From Monocercomonoides exilis PA203 (lineage: Eukaryota; Protista; Preaxostyla): DNA of 64,000 bases. The position numbers and the translations under genes are program-made. Of this stretch, positions 24,644-37,886 are shown piece after piece (positions within the stretch are counted from its first letter, which is position 1; every line of letters begins with the position of its first letter). The stretch spans positions 2,038,612-2,102,611 of the forward strand of contig LSRY02000005.1 of assembly GCA_001643675.2 (NCBI GenBank). Reading direction: 5' to 3'. The notes under the pieces are model-generated. The model had not been told where the DNA came from. It was given only the letters and a program-made list of their open reading frames with translations, and made no database searches.

Positions 24644-27600
24644 TTATTTCATAATTAAAGGTGATCCCAGTCCATTTGTCATCTTTGGGTTTGTTGTGGC
24701 AATTCGAGGAGAACGAATGCTGGGATACGCAAAAGAAGAAGAAGGGGTATGAAAAGAGCTGATAAGAGGAGAAGTTGGAAGGCGAGGACTGGAACGAGGG
24801 GAAGTCTGGTGCTCAATGAGATGATCACGTGGACTCTTCAATGGAGGCGTCTGATTTGTGAGATGAATGTAACATTGAATGAATTAATAAAAGACAAAAT
24901 TGAATATCAAAGAAAAAATAAAACAAGAACATACATCAAAAGTTATCTTTCTCATCGGCAACTTCGTTTTCACTTCGGTTTCTTCTCGCCACCATTCGTT
25001 GTTCTCAAGCAATTCGTTCGCCCCGTCGATTGCTTCTTTCTCTTTCAGCTGACTTTGCACCTGTCTGATTTTGGAGATGATGGCAACGCCAGATGTGCGA
25101 AAAGGAGAGCGAGGAGAGCGAGGAGAGCGAGGAGAGCGAGGAGAACAAATTGGACTTGTGACACTTTGACTGAGCGATTCATCGCTTTCTTTCTGTGCAT
25201 ACTTCGTTTGATACAAATGATTGGGATTTGCGTTTGAAGATTCTTTTTTCAAGGGAGAGATTTCACTGATATCTCTTTCGTCTGAAGATTTGCCTTCTTC
25301 ATCCTCATTCTCAAAGGCAGTTATCTTCGGCAGCGTCAGCGCAGGCGGTGCAAGAGCTGTGTATGGAGAAGGAGTCGATCGTTGGGGTTTTGGACGTGCA
25401 ATTTGAACAGGAGGAGGAGTGGCATTTATCGTGTTTGTTGTTCTTGAAGGCTCAATGGATTCAGAAATATTTGCATTGCTTGATGAAGAGTTGTCATTGC
25501 CTGCTAAGTCTTGCTTGAGAGAGGAAGATAATAAATCATGAGAAGATTCTGGATCCAGCTTAAATGAACTCAAAGAAGGAGAAGAATGCAATGATTGACT
25601 CTTCGATTCTCCATTACTTATTTCAGTGTTTTGTTCTATGCCTTCAATTTCCTGTGCTCCTTCTGTGTTCTTGTCTTCAATTCCATCATAATCAAGCTGA
25701 ATTGCCTTTTCAGAATTATTCAACTTCTTTTCATCATCTTTATTCTCAACAAGTTTTTCATCACCACCATTTTCATCGGTTTCAGCTTCATCTTCCTTTT
25801 TATTTTCTCCATCAAAATTATCATTAAGCTGTTCTCGCTCTTTTTGGTTTTCAGCAGTGCCTTTCTCTTCTTCTCCTATTTCTTCTTCAGCATATGTATT
25901 ATCTTTAACTTTATCTTCATTTTCTTGTTTATTTTCCTTCGAAATTGATGTTTCATTTGCATTTGCGTGTTGGGTACTTGGGGTAGTTATCTCTCTTTCT
26001 GAATCAGCAGAAGATGCAGCCAAAGGAGAAAAAGTACTCGAAAGATCGAGTTTTTCATTGCTGCTTCTCTGCGAAGAACCTGCCTGCATCCATTTCTTCT
26101 GCGGAGAAGCTGCTTTTATCGCTGGATTCACTCTCCTCTGTTTAAAAGCAGGAAACATCACGGGCTCCTTTGGTGCACCCTCATCACTGTTGGAATTGCT
26201 TTGCGCAAAAACAAAAGGAGAAGTCTGCTGTGATTGTTCTGCATCTCCTGTTCTCAGCTGATTTGCAAACCACTCCAAATCTGCCAGCTGGGGTGATTTA
26301 TTGTGATCCAATGCAATTTTTCTACGATTTATTATTGACTGTTTATCTTTCGATAGGCCACTCTCATGTGGAAGTGTTCTATTTGTTGCATCTGGGTGAC
26401 AATTTAAATGCTCTTTTGAATCATCTTTATATCTATTTGAACTCTGTTTTTCAACAATGCCTGCTTCTTCATTGTCACATTCCGTTCTTTGAAGTGTGTT
26501 CGATAAAAGACGCTGTTGAAGCCTGTGTCTCAGCACTTGCGGAGTGCAGAGCAGAAAAGGAGGAGGCATCGGGGTGGGTTGAACTGACCGCTGGGACAAC
26601 TGAGTGTTTGTCGTATTGTTTGGAGAAGTTCTGTTCAACAGGAAATCAGAAATGGAAATATCAGGCGGCAAAACAGAAGATGAAAGGGGAGATGATTTAT
26701 CTGCAGTTGCCTGCCCATTTCTGCTCTCAGAAGAAGCAGATAAAGCGCGATCGACTGATCCTAAAAGCTGTTTGAGAGGAGAGTTCACAGGATGCAGAGG
26801 AGGCGGAGGAGGAGTGAGCGCATGGACCAGCCAGAGTGGCAGTGGGTCTGTTTGTATTGCGATGGATGTTCCATTCAACTGAACTTCTGCTTCTTCATTT
26901 TCATTATCGTTGCCATTCGAAGAAGGAGAATCGAGTGATCTGGCTGAGTCAGTGATTGGCTGATTGAAAGAAGAAGACAGTTTGAGAGGTGATGGATGAT
27001 GAGGAGATAACAAAGGAGGAAACACACATGAACGCTGATGAGCAAGAGTGGAAGAAGAGGAAGAGGAAGAGGGAGAAGAAGAAGAAGAAGAAGAATTATC
27101 AGATGAACTCGATGATTCGTTTGCTTCGCAACTTTCACCAATATCTGAAGAAGTGGACGAATCAGAAGGAATCACAGAATCAGTTGAAGATTGTTCAATA
27201 GAATGAAGCAATGGAGAAAGCTCAGGTGTGACTGCCAGCGCTGTTAAAGGAGAGGTAGAGGCTGAAACAGAAGTAGAAATTGAATGTCTTCGGGTGTTTG
27301 GAGAACGAGCAGATGGAGTTGGATACAACAAGTCATTGGCAGCCATCTTCTGCTCGAGAATGATTGAAGTTGGCATTGGCGAGTCATACATCAATGGAAC
27401 ATCACAGAATGAAGAAGGAAGAAGCGAAAGAGGAGGAGATGAGGAATCCGAAGAAGAAGAAGAGGAAGAAACCAAATTTGAAGGAGGAGAAAGAGAAGAA
27501 AGAGAAGAAGGAGAAGGAGAAGAAGGAGCAGGAGAAGGAGAGCGAGGAGGAGGCGGTGGTGGTGACGGAGAAGGAGAAGATGGAGGCGTGGAAGGAGTCA

Positions 27601-30600
27601 TTGGAAGGGTTGGAAGGGTTGGAAGAGCTGAAGATGTTGTTGATGTTGATGAGGATTCTGTTGAAGTCGATTGAGTTGGTTGATCTTTCGAAGGTGTTGG
27701 CGATTTTTCTGAAATGCTTTCTGGCTGTGTGGAATCTGGTTCAGCTGAAGAATCAATTAAAACTTTGTTTGCAGCCAGAGGCCTACGATAAACAGAAGGA
27801 GAAAGAGATTCAGAAGAAGAGGAAGACACCAATGAAGAAGAAAAAGGCGGAGCAAGCTGCTTTTCAGCTTGAATCAGAAGAGAAATGCCATTCATTGAAT
27901 CGACACCTCTGTCGATCTTCGAATAATAAGGTGCCTCTTCTGAACTGAATGAAGAAACCAACGGAGAAGAAGAAGACAAAGAAGAAGATGCCAATTGAGG
28001 TGAATGAAACAATTTGTGAGTTGTGGAATTAGCAGATGCCAAATTAGAATGTGCAGAAGAAGAAGGACGAGAAGATGCTGAAGCAATTGCAGAAGGCGGG
28101 CCTTTTGCTGCAAAGCTTTTGAGGCTCATGAGAGTGTTTGGCAGAAGAAGAGATTCGACACATTCATTTGCTGATGCATTTGCAGAAGAGGAGGAGGAAG
28201 AAGAAGAACGAGCAGATGCTGAAGTGAAAGGACGAGATGACAACAAGTCAGCAGAAGTTGTGGAAGGATAGGAAGAAAGGAAGGCGTGACGAGGACGAGA
28301 AAAGGAAGAGGGAGGAGAACGCGATGAAAAAGAAGAGAAATTTGAAGAGCTGCGAAGCGAATACAATTCAGCTGAAGTTGATGACTGATTTCTTTCAGCA
28401 CTCAAATTCAGGCGAGGGATGCTGTTCTCTCCTCCTCCTCTTCTCTGTCCCCACTGCAGCGCCTTCAGACTCCTTTCTCTGCTCCTTCTCGTCCTCTCCT
28501 CATCCACACGCACCCCATCCACAACCAAACCGCTGCTGATTCTCGTGTTGCTGCTGTTTGTGTCTCTTCCGCTTTTCTGCAGCACTTCCCTTTCCATCTC
28601 TCTTTCCAGTGCAATCAACTCGTCTCTGCTTCTCTCCACGCCTCTCACTCGATCTCTTTCTCTTTCTCTCTCCCACCTCTTCGTGAGCATCTCCTTCTCT
28701 GCTGCCAGCACCTCCTCTTCGTCCTCTTCATTTCCAGCGGTCTCTTTGCTCATCGTCCACTCGCCTGAAATGGATGGAACACTTCGCATTCCAAGAAGCG
28801 TGTGCGAAAGACGCCTCGACGGAAGAGCAGACGACTCACGATGAGAAGGCGGAGCAAGCACTTTCTCAATCATTTCATCTGCTTCGCTCTTTCTTTGCGT
28901 CTTTTGGTGGCTCATCTGCTGCACAGGCTGTGATTGTGCCAATCTCCTCGAAGCTGTTTTGGATGCCCTCAACGAAACATCTCCTGCCTCGTCTAAATCA
29001 AACTTTGCATTCCGTCTGGGTCTGTTGCGTGAGGGTGGATTCGACTGCGGAGGAGGATGATTTCTCGATCGACTGGTCAGATGCGATGTGTGTGGATGCA
29101 CCATTGCATTTCCTGTGTGGCTGAACTGTGGATGAGGCTGTGTGTATTTTCTGTTCTGCCAGCGAGGGCTCTGCAGATTGAATGATGATCGTGCCTGATA
29201 CACACCAGCCGCACTTTTTGAGCCCTTTTGTGTTCGAAAGAGATCAGATGAGGCTGAATTGAAGAGAACTGATTGTGTGCCAACAGATCGATGCGTTGCG
29301 TCATCGACATATTTGATGTCTGCCATATGCAAGTTGTTCCCTTTTTGACTGTATTTTTGCTTGGAGTGATTGTCCTGTTGTACTGATGAGTTAATAGATG
29401 AGCGAACAGGAGACGAAGGCGGTGATATTGCGAGTGTTGAAGAGGCCACAAGATTTGGCGACGCCAGCGACTCAACAACAGCCACACCGACAACATCTCC
29501 TCTTCTGTTCTTCTTGCGAATGTGGAATGATTGTGCTCCTGGTGATGCTTTTTGGTTGAGAAAAGAAGAAGACAACGCAATGTCTGCCATTCCATTTCTT
29601 GCTGCTTCTCCTTCAATGATGGATTTCTGAACATCTCCTTCTTCAATTTGACCCAATTCTCTCCTCCTCTCTTCCTCTTCCTCTTCCTCTGCCACCAACA
29701 TCCCCACCCTCTCTCTGATCTCCTGCACCGCTGCCTCGTCTTCCTCCATTCTCTCCCTCAGCTCTTCATTCAGCCTTCGATACGCGCCGTGTGGCCCAGG
29801 TGCGAGTGGCTGGGTGAAGAGATGCTTCTTTTGCAGGCGAGGAAAAGAGGGCTGTGCAAATCCTTTTGAAGCAGAAAGAGAAGCAGAAAGAGGAACAGAA
29901 GTTGAAGTTGGAGAGGAGATTAGAGAATTAGAAAAAGGAGGGCTAACACTGTTAAGCGAAGAAGGGTCAAGAGATGCATTTGGCGTGAAGGAAGTGGAAT
30001 AAGGCGAAAAAGAGAGAGATTGTGTTAATGGAGACGAGGAAGGCGTTTGAGAGGAGAAGGCAAAGTTGAGTGAAGATGAGGCAGAAGGAGAAAGACACGG
30101 CGGAGGAGAGATTGCTCGATAGATTGGCTTGCGTTTCACTTGCTCTGTGCGAATGATGTCAATGTTTGCGTTCTCTTTTGAATGCTGTTCGCTTTCACTC
30201 TGCTGTTCTGAGTGTTCTGCTGTGTGTTGTGATGGAAGTGAGTCATCATCTCCTATCTGTTCTGTTTGCTTTTGTACATCAGCTTCAGATGAAGTAGATT
30301 TCAATGCCGAAAAAGGAAGATCTGTCTCAGAAGAGGCGTCTTGTTCATTTGATTCTAATGAATGCTTGTCTGCCTTCAAGACAGACACAGTCGATGAAAT
30401 ATCCATTTTCACATTAGAATCATTTGCACTATTCTGAATATGATCTTCGTATTTCTCTGTTTTATGACTGCCATTGGTTTTGCTTGTAGAAAATGCTGAG
30501 CGAGCTCTTCTGCGTGTTTGTAGAGCTTCCTCTTCTTCTTCCTTCTCTACTTCTTTTTCTTTCTTTCCCTCCTCTTCCTCTTCAATGCTGCTGCAGTCTT

Positions 30601-33600
30601 CATTCTCTGTTTGTGTGCTAAGTGATCGAGACTTTGGGCGGATGGGCGAAAAGGGATTGACCAAGTTGAATGTGAGTGCCATTGAATGAGGCGAAGGAGG
30701 AGGAGTTGAAGAAGACGAAGGAGGAGGAGGGGGATAAGGCACAGATGACACAGCCATCACTCTGTCTGTTGAGTTAGAAAGAGAAGAAGAAGAAGAAGAT
30801 GTTGATGTTGATGTTGATGAAGAGGAGGTGGAAGAAGATGTAGGTAATGATGATTGAGCAGAATTTGGTTGTGTGGACAGAAGTTGCTTCACAGAAAGAG
30901 GAGATGAAGAATCACCCGATTTCTCAAATTGATGCAAAATTGGATGAAATGAAGAAAGGCGAAGAGATGAGGAAGATCGAGGAAGATGCAATGAAGGTGA
31001 ATGAACACCAGAAGAAGGCGAATGAGAACGAGAACGAGAAGAAGAAGGTGATGCGGAACGAGGAGGTGAATTAGAGACTTTAGGTGAAACAGGAATAAGA
31101 GCAGAAAATGGCTGATTTTGCAGCACTGGCAATGTCAAAGAAGGAACAGAAGAGGAAGATGAAGAGGAGGAAGAGGAGGAAGAGGAGGAAGAGGATGACT
31201 TCACATCGACTTCTTTTTGGACTGGCTGAGCAATCGTTTGTTGTGAATGAAGAGGTATCAAATTAGAAGACTGCAGAGAAGCTGCAGCAGAAAATGAGCG
31301 GTGTGTTTGATCGGCTGCTGTTATGTTCTCAGAATCTTCAGACGAATCACATTCGTTTGTGTTCTTGCCATTTTGATAAAGTCTCTCTGAAATAGACATT
31401 TCATCATCGTCTGGCTTTTCTATTTGTTTATCGTCCTTTTCTGTCTGTTCTGTTCTGCCTGCTAATCTTCCTACTCTGTCGTCTTCTCCTCGCTGTTGTT
31501 GCTCTTCTGATTGAATGAATTGGGGCAGAAGAGGAAGGAAGTCCCGCACAAGTGCTGGGGAAGACGGAGAAATGCCATTTTGAAAGAGCTCAAAAGAAGG
31601 CTGTGTGATGTTTGTCAGCTGAGGCGAAGGGAAAGAAGAAGAAGAAGGAGAAGGCAGCTGGGGAATCACAACAAGACGAGGAGAAGAATCGAAGTCGGCA
31701 TTCAACTGAGACACATCTTGACTGCAGTTAAGTAAAGGGGAAGCAGATACGACTTGTGGTGACGATGAAACAGAAATAGGAAGAGATTCCAGTTGATGCG
31801 ACAATTCTGAGTTGGCTGTCGAAGATGTTGAATCCGAATGAATCAGATTTCGAATGTCAGATGAAGAAGATGCAGTGCTTGAGAATGTTGTTTCAGCTGG
31901 CTGTTTCATTTCTTTGGCATTCTCATTGAACTTCGGATTTTGCTGTTGAGTTCTGTTGCTGCTTCGTCGAGGTGTGAATCCACTCATTCCGTTTGGATGC
32001 ATTCTTTTTCGTGTGTACACATCTTCTTCTTTATTATAATTATTATTGTCATCATCCCCTTCTCTTTCATCCATTTTCATTCTTCTGCCCTTTTTCTGCA
32101 CTGCCCCAAATCTTTTCTCTTTTTTTGCTGCTTCTTCAAGCTTTTCAACAACAACAACATCATCTTCTTCTTTTGCTCCATTTGAATTGAAATCAATTTG
32201 CAGGCACAGTTGTTGCGTAGGCAATGTCTGAGGCACCCACTCAATATGACTCTTTCGTATCTCTTTTATTGTCTTTCCTGTTTGCGTGCAATTTGCACTG
32301 TTTCGAGTGCTTCCTGTGCTGTCTTTCACATACAAAGCCATCTTCCTTCCAGCAATTGGTCGTGTAACTCCGTCTGCTGGTTGAGGAATCGACGGGCGAG
32401 AAGAGAAAGAGCTAGCGCCAATGGCTGACGATGCAAAGAAAGGAGGAAACAGATGGCGGTTGAATGCTACAGAAGAAGTAGCTGCAAATGTTGACGGATA
32501 AAATGGGGTGAAAGTTGGCCCTTGATTCATCAGCTGCAAAGAAGAGTATTCCTGCGGCTCAAATGCAGCTTTTCTCTCTTCAGAGCAAAATTCACTGTCA
32601 AAAGCTTCTGGCAAATCACTCAGAAAGCTTCCTCTTTCGTTTGCTCCGCCTTCTTTTTCTTTTTCTTCGTCTTCTTTTTCTGCTTCTGCCATCGCTTCGA
32701 TTGCATTCGACAACGACAGATTAAGCCGAGGCTGTCTGAGGGAAGCGAAGTGAATCACATTTCGAACACCCGAAGGAGCAGCTGTTGAAGATGCTGATGA
32801 GAAGGAAGAGGAAGAAGATGGAAAATGCAAATGATTGTATGTTGAAGGCAGATTGAGTGATGAAGAATGAAATGTTGGAGTAGACAAGCGAGATGTTTTA
32901 TTCAAAAAAGATTGAGATGCAGCTGATGCACGAAGCGAGTGAGCTGGGCGAGTAAATCGACAAGAAGGAAGACGACTTGAAACAGAACCAAACGATCTTC
33001 GATTGAAAGCTGCGCGGTCAGCTGAAAGAGAAAGAGAAGAGCGGTGAGGATTGCGAGTGGTCGATGAAAGGGCTGCAGATGGAATGAAGTGAGATTTTGA
33101 TGAATGCAACTTGTCAGAAGTGTTGGTGAGGAGAAGGTGTGGAATAAAAGGCAGAGGATTAGCAACAGCCAGATTCGGAGGAGGTGGAGGAGGAGGAGCA
33201 TGCAAAGGTGATGGGGGAATGGCTTGATGGCGAATGTTGGGAGCGTTGTGGCATTCACTTTGGATAGGAGCATCATGGGCTGTTGCATTCTGCACTTCTG
33301 AGTTAAGCTCAGAATTGTCAGCGCTGCCGGATGAAGAGGGAAAGGAAGAGAAACTTGCACTCGAAGAAGAGAATGGCAGAGGTGAAGAAGTGGAGGAGGA
33401 GAAAGAGAAAAGAGAATCACTTCGAACCTGATTCTGTTTGTTTGTTTTAAAAGATAATAATTTTGTTTCAATTGGATCTTCTTTGTTGAATTGTTGATTT
33501 TCACTTTGAGTAGAAGATAAATGCATTTCAGAAGAAGATGTTGCAACTGGCGTTACAAAATAAGATGAACAAGTAGATTGTGTTCTTTTTAGTTTTGCTT

Positions 33601-34455
33601 TATCATTTTGCTTCTCATTTGACTGTCCCATATAATTCGTCGTCTTTTGTTGGCAGCCATCCTGAGTATCTCTATTTTCTTCACTTAGAAAAATAATGCT
33701 ATTTTGAATCGCAATTTCTTCGTCTTCTTCTTTCGTTAAATGCCCAGGACTGCTGACCTCAAAGTTATCTCGAAAATATTGAGATCCATCCTTGTTATTA
33801 GTTCCGCACAGCAGCAAGCTTTTTTTGGAATGAAATAAATCCCGACTTTTAATAGACTCTACAAATTTATCATGCACAAAAATAGATTGCCTGCATGAAG
33901 TCAAAGGTCGGATTTTTGTTGAGTTCTGATCTATGTTTCTTTGGGACAATTGCAGAAAGTCATCATTTGTTGAAAACTCTTTTGAAAATGGACTTGTATT
34001 TTTCGAAAGATTTTCCATATTTCTGTTTACGAAACGTTTTGTATCTGGGCAAATAGATTGCGAGCTTCGCGTTGAACGAGATGAAGTTGTTTGTTGCTCT
34101 TTCCCAAAATATTCTGATCTTGAAATTTCGTGAGAAGGCTTTGTACGCAAAGATTGAGATGCATGAACTGGAAAACATTTATCAAGAAAAAACTTGCAAT
34201 TTGACTGCAAACCTTTATAAATGGATGGAGTTGCTGATTCCGGCTGAAAAAGTGAAAATTCACCATCCAAAAAATCATATTGCTTTTTGATAATTAGCAA
34301 TACACATTAAAGTACACATACAAAAATGTCAAATAAATTAAAAAAGCAAATAAAGAATATCATACGCTCGGTGTTTTAGGTTGAATAGGCACAGTTGATA
34401 GCTTTCCATCAAATTGTAATTGTGAAAATTCCAAAAAATCATTTTCACCGTGCAT
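24644..34455 (-). CDS. Very large (>3100 aa) Ser/Pro-rich low-complexity protein of unknown function
   Basis: There is an uninterrupted 3138-codon ORF at 24884-34300. A probable short first exon starts at ATG 34455 (GTATG donor), and a last exon ends at 24644. No globular domain was recognised. Confidence 0.75.
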
Positions 34456-34873
34456 ATCGCTTCAATGTGAAAGCAACTAAAGAAAGTTAATTTTCAATTT
34501 CCGTGGTGTTCTTTTGAAAGTTAATTTACTGAAATATAAAGCTTTCACTAAACCTAATGTTAACCCTTTATAAAATAAAAAAGAATTTTGAAGATATTTG
34601 GTTTGATATTTTATTCTTTATGAATTTTGTTTTGCATTTAAAGACAACGAAAATTTTGTTTTTTGAAAATCGTTCTTGTCACGAAAAAAGACAAAAAAAA
34701 GAATATCAAAGAAAAACTTTTTCTCCAAATGAAACTTCTTTGCATAACTCGTCAAACATAATTATTTGGATGAATCAAATTGAAAATTTTAAGAGAACAT
34801 GTTCATTTGCAAGTTTTAAAGGATATTAAAAAAATGTCTGAATCTGCTTGTCTTTTTCTTTTCTTTTATTCAT

Positions 34874-34974
34874 AATTAAAAAGCATTAGCTTCTTAATTC
34901 TCGAGAACTAATGAAAATACAACTCCTCTTTCTATTTGGGATAGAGCTCCGTTTTATGGGCTCAGCCGATCAAT
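34874..34974 (+). repeat. DIRS left inverted terminal repeat
   Basis: ATACAACTCCTCTTTCTATTTGGGATAGAGCTCCGTTTTATGGGCTCAGCCGATCAAT is the exact reverse complement of 39791-39848. Confidence 0.93.
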
Positions 34975-34985
34975 AATAATAAACA

Positions 34986-36038
34986 ATGAGCGTGCTTCAG
35001 CCTGGACTCGAGTCGAGTCTGAATTCCTTATCTCAGGATATCAGCGGACCTCCGAGCAGCGTGGGATTTACGCAATCCACCTCCAGCATATTTTCCTCAT
35101 CAGCCGCTACTATTCCGACACAAAATATTGCAATGGGCCTTGAAAACACATCAAGCCGTGAAGATCACAATGTTACAAACTTGCTCCATCCACCTTTCCA
35201 ACAATCTTCAAGCTCTTCTCAGCCCCAAATATTTCCAGGTCCAACAACACTTGAGCAACACCCAATCAATTCTCCGCAAACGACGCAGCAGCAGAATATT
35301 CTTCAAACGATAGACACTTCGCAAGAACACCTGATGGAGAAAGACAATTATCAACCGAACTTCAAATACATTTGTTTCTCGCTTTTCGGAGATAAAACAA
35401 AGGATTCAATATTCGAAATGCATTTTCCTGAACAAGCAGGCTCAAATCCCACAATTTACTCGAATTTCTCAGCACCTCCGTTTATTCCAGAGGCTATCCA
35501 CCCAATTCAAAGAACATCAAATTGGTGCTACGACGCTCTAGAACAAAATGGATTCAAAATCGAAGAAAAATTGATATCGGCAATAAAAGCGCTTATTATT
35601 GGAAAAGATATGGTAGATAAGGGATTGGACCCAAGTGCAGTTTTGGCTGATTCTTTCTTAATGATGGTTAAAGCACTCCAGGAAGCGAGAACACAAAGGA
35701 TCCAAGCAGTTTATGGATTCAGAGCCGCAAGGACATTGAAAGAAGAAGATGGAGACCAATTGCTTTCCAAGAGGCAACTTGAAACGTTGAAGATCGCTGA
35801 GCCGAAACAAAAATTGCTTCCTCGATCGCAGGGATGGATCAGACCGTACACAAATACATTCTCACTTAAAAACCAGTTTTTTCGGACAAGAAGGATCCCA
35901 TTTACAAGAAGAAAATTCAGTTCAAACAGCAGCAGAAGCTCCCAGAGAACCAGCAGAACTTGGAGCTCCAACAAATGGGATCCTCGAAGAAAGTTGGAGG
36001 AAGAACAAGACTCTTTCTCAAGAACTGGTCCGAAATAG
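34986..36038 (+). CDS. DIRS ORF1 (gag-like)
   Basis: A 350-aa ORF starts immediately after the left ITR. It has a basic C-terminus and overlaps the start of ORF2. Confidence 0.75.
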   Translation: MSVLQPGLESSLNSLSQDISGPPSSVGFTQSTSSIFSSSAATIPTQNIAMGLENTSSREDHNVTNLLHPPFQQSSSSSQPQIFPGPTTLEQHPINSPQTTQQQNILQTIDTSQEHLMEKDNYQPNFKYICFSLFGDKTKDSIFEMHFPEQAGSNPTIYSNFSAPPFIPEAIHPIQRTSNWCYDALEQNGFKIEEKLISAIKALIIGKDMVDKGLDPSAVLADSFLMMVKALQEARTQRIQAVYGFRAARTLKEEDGDQLLSKRQLETLKIAEPKQKLLPRSQGWIRPYTNTFSLKNQFFRTRRIPFTRRKFSSNSSRSSQRTSRTWSSNKWDPRRKLEEEQDSFSRTGPK

Positions 36039-37886
36039 GGGCCAGGAGAATTATAGAGAAGGGAGCTTGTCCTGTTTGGAGAAGCAGAGAGGCACGGGAC
36101 AAGCTGAAAAAGGAAGTCAAAGCAGGACATGGTTTCATTGGATCCCAGGAGCAGGAGAGGGAGTGCGAGAAGTGGATAGCGGAAGCACTGGATTGTGGGA
36201 TATTGAAGAGGATCAAGTTCGAAGATGCAAAATGCCTCAGCAAACTGTTTTTCGTAAAGAAGAAGAACGGGAAATGGAGACAAATATTGGACTGCAGACC
36301 TCTGAACAAAGCCCTGAAATCAATCAAGTTCAAGCTGGAGGATCACAGAACTGTGGAAAAGTTGATGGAAAAGGGAGATTTTGCAACCTCATTGGATCTC
36401 TCTCAAGCATATTTCTTAATCCCTGTTCGCGAAGATTTCATCCCGTTTTTGGCTTTCAAATTTCATCAAGAAACAATAGCGTTTCGATGCCTTCCATTTG
36501 GAATGAAGGATGCCCCAAGAATCTTTACGAAGATCATGCGTTCAATTATAAAGCTGGTGAGAATGAAATGGAAAGTTCGTTGCATCTCTTATCTGGACGA
36601 TGTCCTCTTTTCTTCACAAGGACAAACAGAAGCTGGAGCAAATAACAAAGGAGGTTATGGATTGGTTCTCCCAACTTGGTCTGATGGTCAACAAGGAGAA
36701 AAGCGAACTTCAGGCAAAGCAAAGATTCAACTTTCTGGGATGGAAATGGGATTCGATTCAGTCGACAGTGGCTCTGAACGAAGAGAGAATTGCCTCCATT
36801 GTTCAGAAGTGTCACATGGTACTGATAAACACAATAAAGAGGCGTCCAATCTCAGTCAGAAGATTTGCTTCAATTGTGGGGCAAATAAGCGCTGCCAGAT
36901 TTGTCCACACAGACGCATCATTACACATGACAAACCTTTATCAATGCCTAATGAAGAATGTCAACATCAATGGATGGAACGGACAATGTCGACTTCATTT
37001 TGGAATCATTCCAGAATTGACATTCTGGATAAGCGAAGTCAGGAAGAGAAAACAAAGAACGCTTCAATCCTTTGGCTCCCCTCAGGTGACGATTACAACA
37101 GATGCCTCGCCATGGGCATGCGGAGGAAGTGTAAAGATATCAGGACAACTCAAGAAGATTTTTCACGTCCCTTTGAACAGAGTTGCTCAAAACCAAACGT
37201 CAAACTTCAGGGAATTACTTGCAGTCAAGATTGCGCTAGCAAGGTTTTCTCAGGATATCGCAAAACTGTCGGAAAGGAAGGTGTTGATACGCTCGGACAA
37301 CACATCGGTAGTTTACAACATAAACAGATGGGGAGCAGGAAAGAATCTGCGACCTCTATTGAAAGAGATCAGGAAACTTGTGGAGAGTCAGGGAATCCAG
37401 GTCAAAGCAGTTCATATTGCAGGAAAAAGAAATGTGGAGGCAGATGCCCTGTCAAGACTCGAGCAGTCGGGAGATTACGAAATCAAAAATCAGGCTCTTC
37501 AGATGGCACTCAACTACCTCAGGATCAAACCGACTCTGGATGCGTTTGCAAGTGCAAAGAACAGAAAGCTTCAACGGTGGTGCGGGCCAGGCAGCAGATT
37601 ATGTCAGGACGGTCTGAGCTATCCGTGGAAGGGCGAGGTGGTTCTTGCCCATCCGCCAATTCCACTGATCCTTCAGACGATGAGGAAAGCGTTGAAGGAG
37701 AGAGCGAAGATGATTCTTCTGATACCGGATTGGACGAATCAGATTTGGAGCCAGACCCTTCAACTGTGGAAAAGACGATTCATGAGATGGAGATGTTCAC
37801 GAATGATATTACTACCAGGGCAGGGTCTGAAGGCGAGAGGAGCAGCGCTTCCTCCGGGAGGTTACCTGGCAATAAGCTTTCCCTAG
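35960..37886 (+). CDS. DIRS ORF2: reverse transcriptase - RNase H - DNA adenine methyltransferase-like domain, split by a +1 shift at 36608-36611
   Basis: RT motifs are VGGR, WRQILDCRPLN, LDLSQAY, LPFGMKDAPRIF, YLDD and FNFLG. RNase H motifs are TTDAS, NFRELLAV, RSDNT and NVEADALSR. MT motifs are LDAFAS, HPPIPLI and IPDW. Confidence 0.92.
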
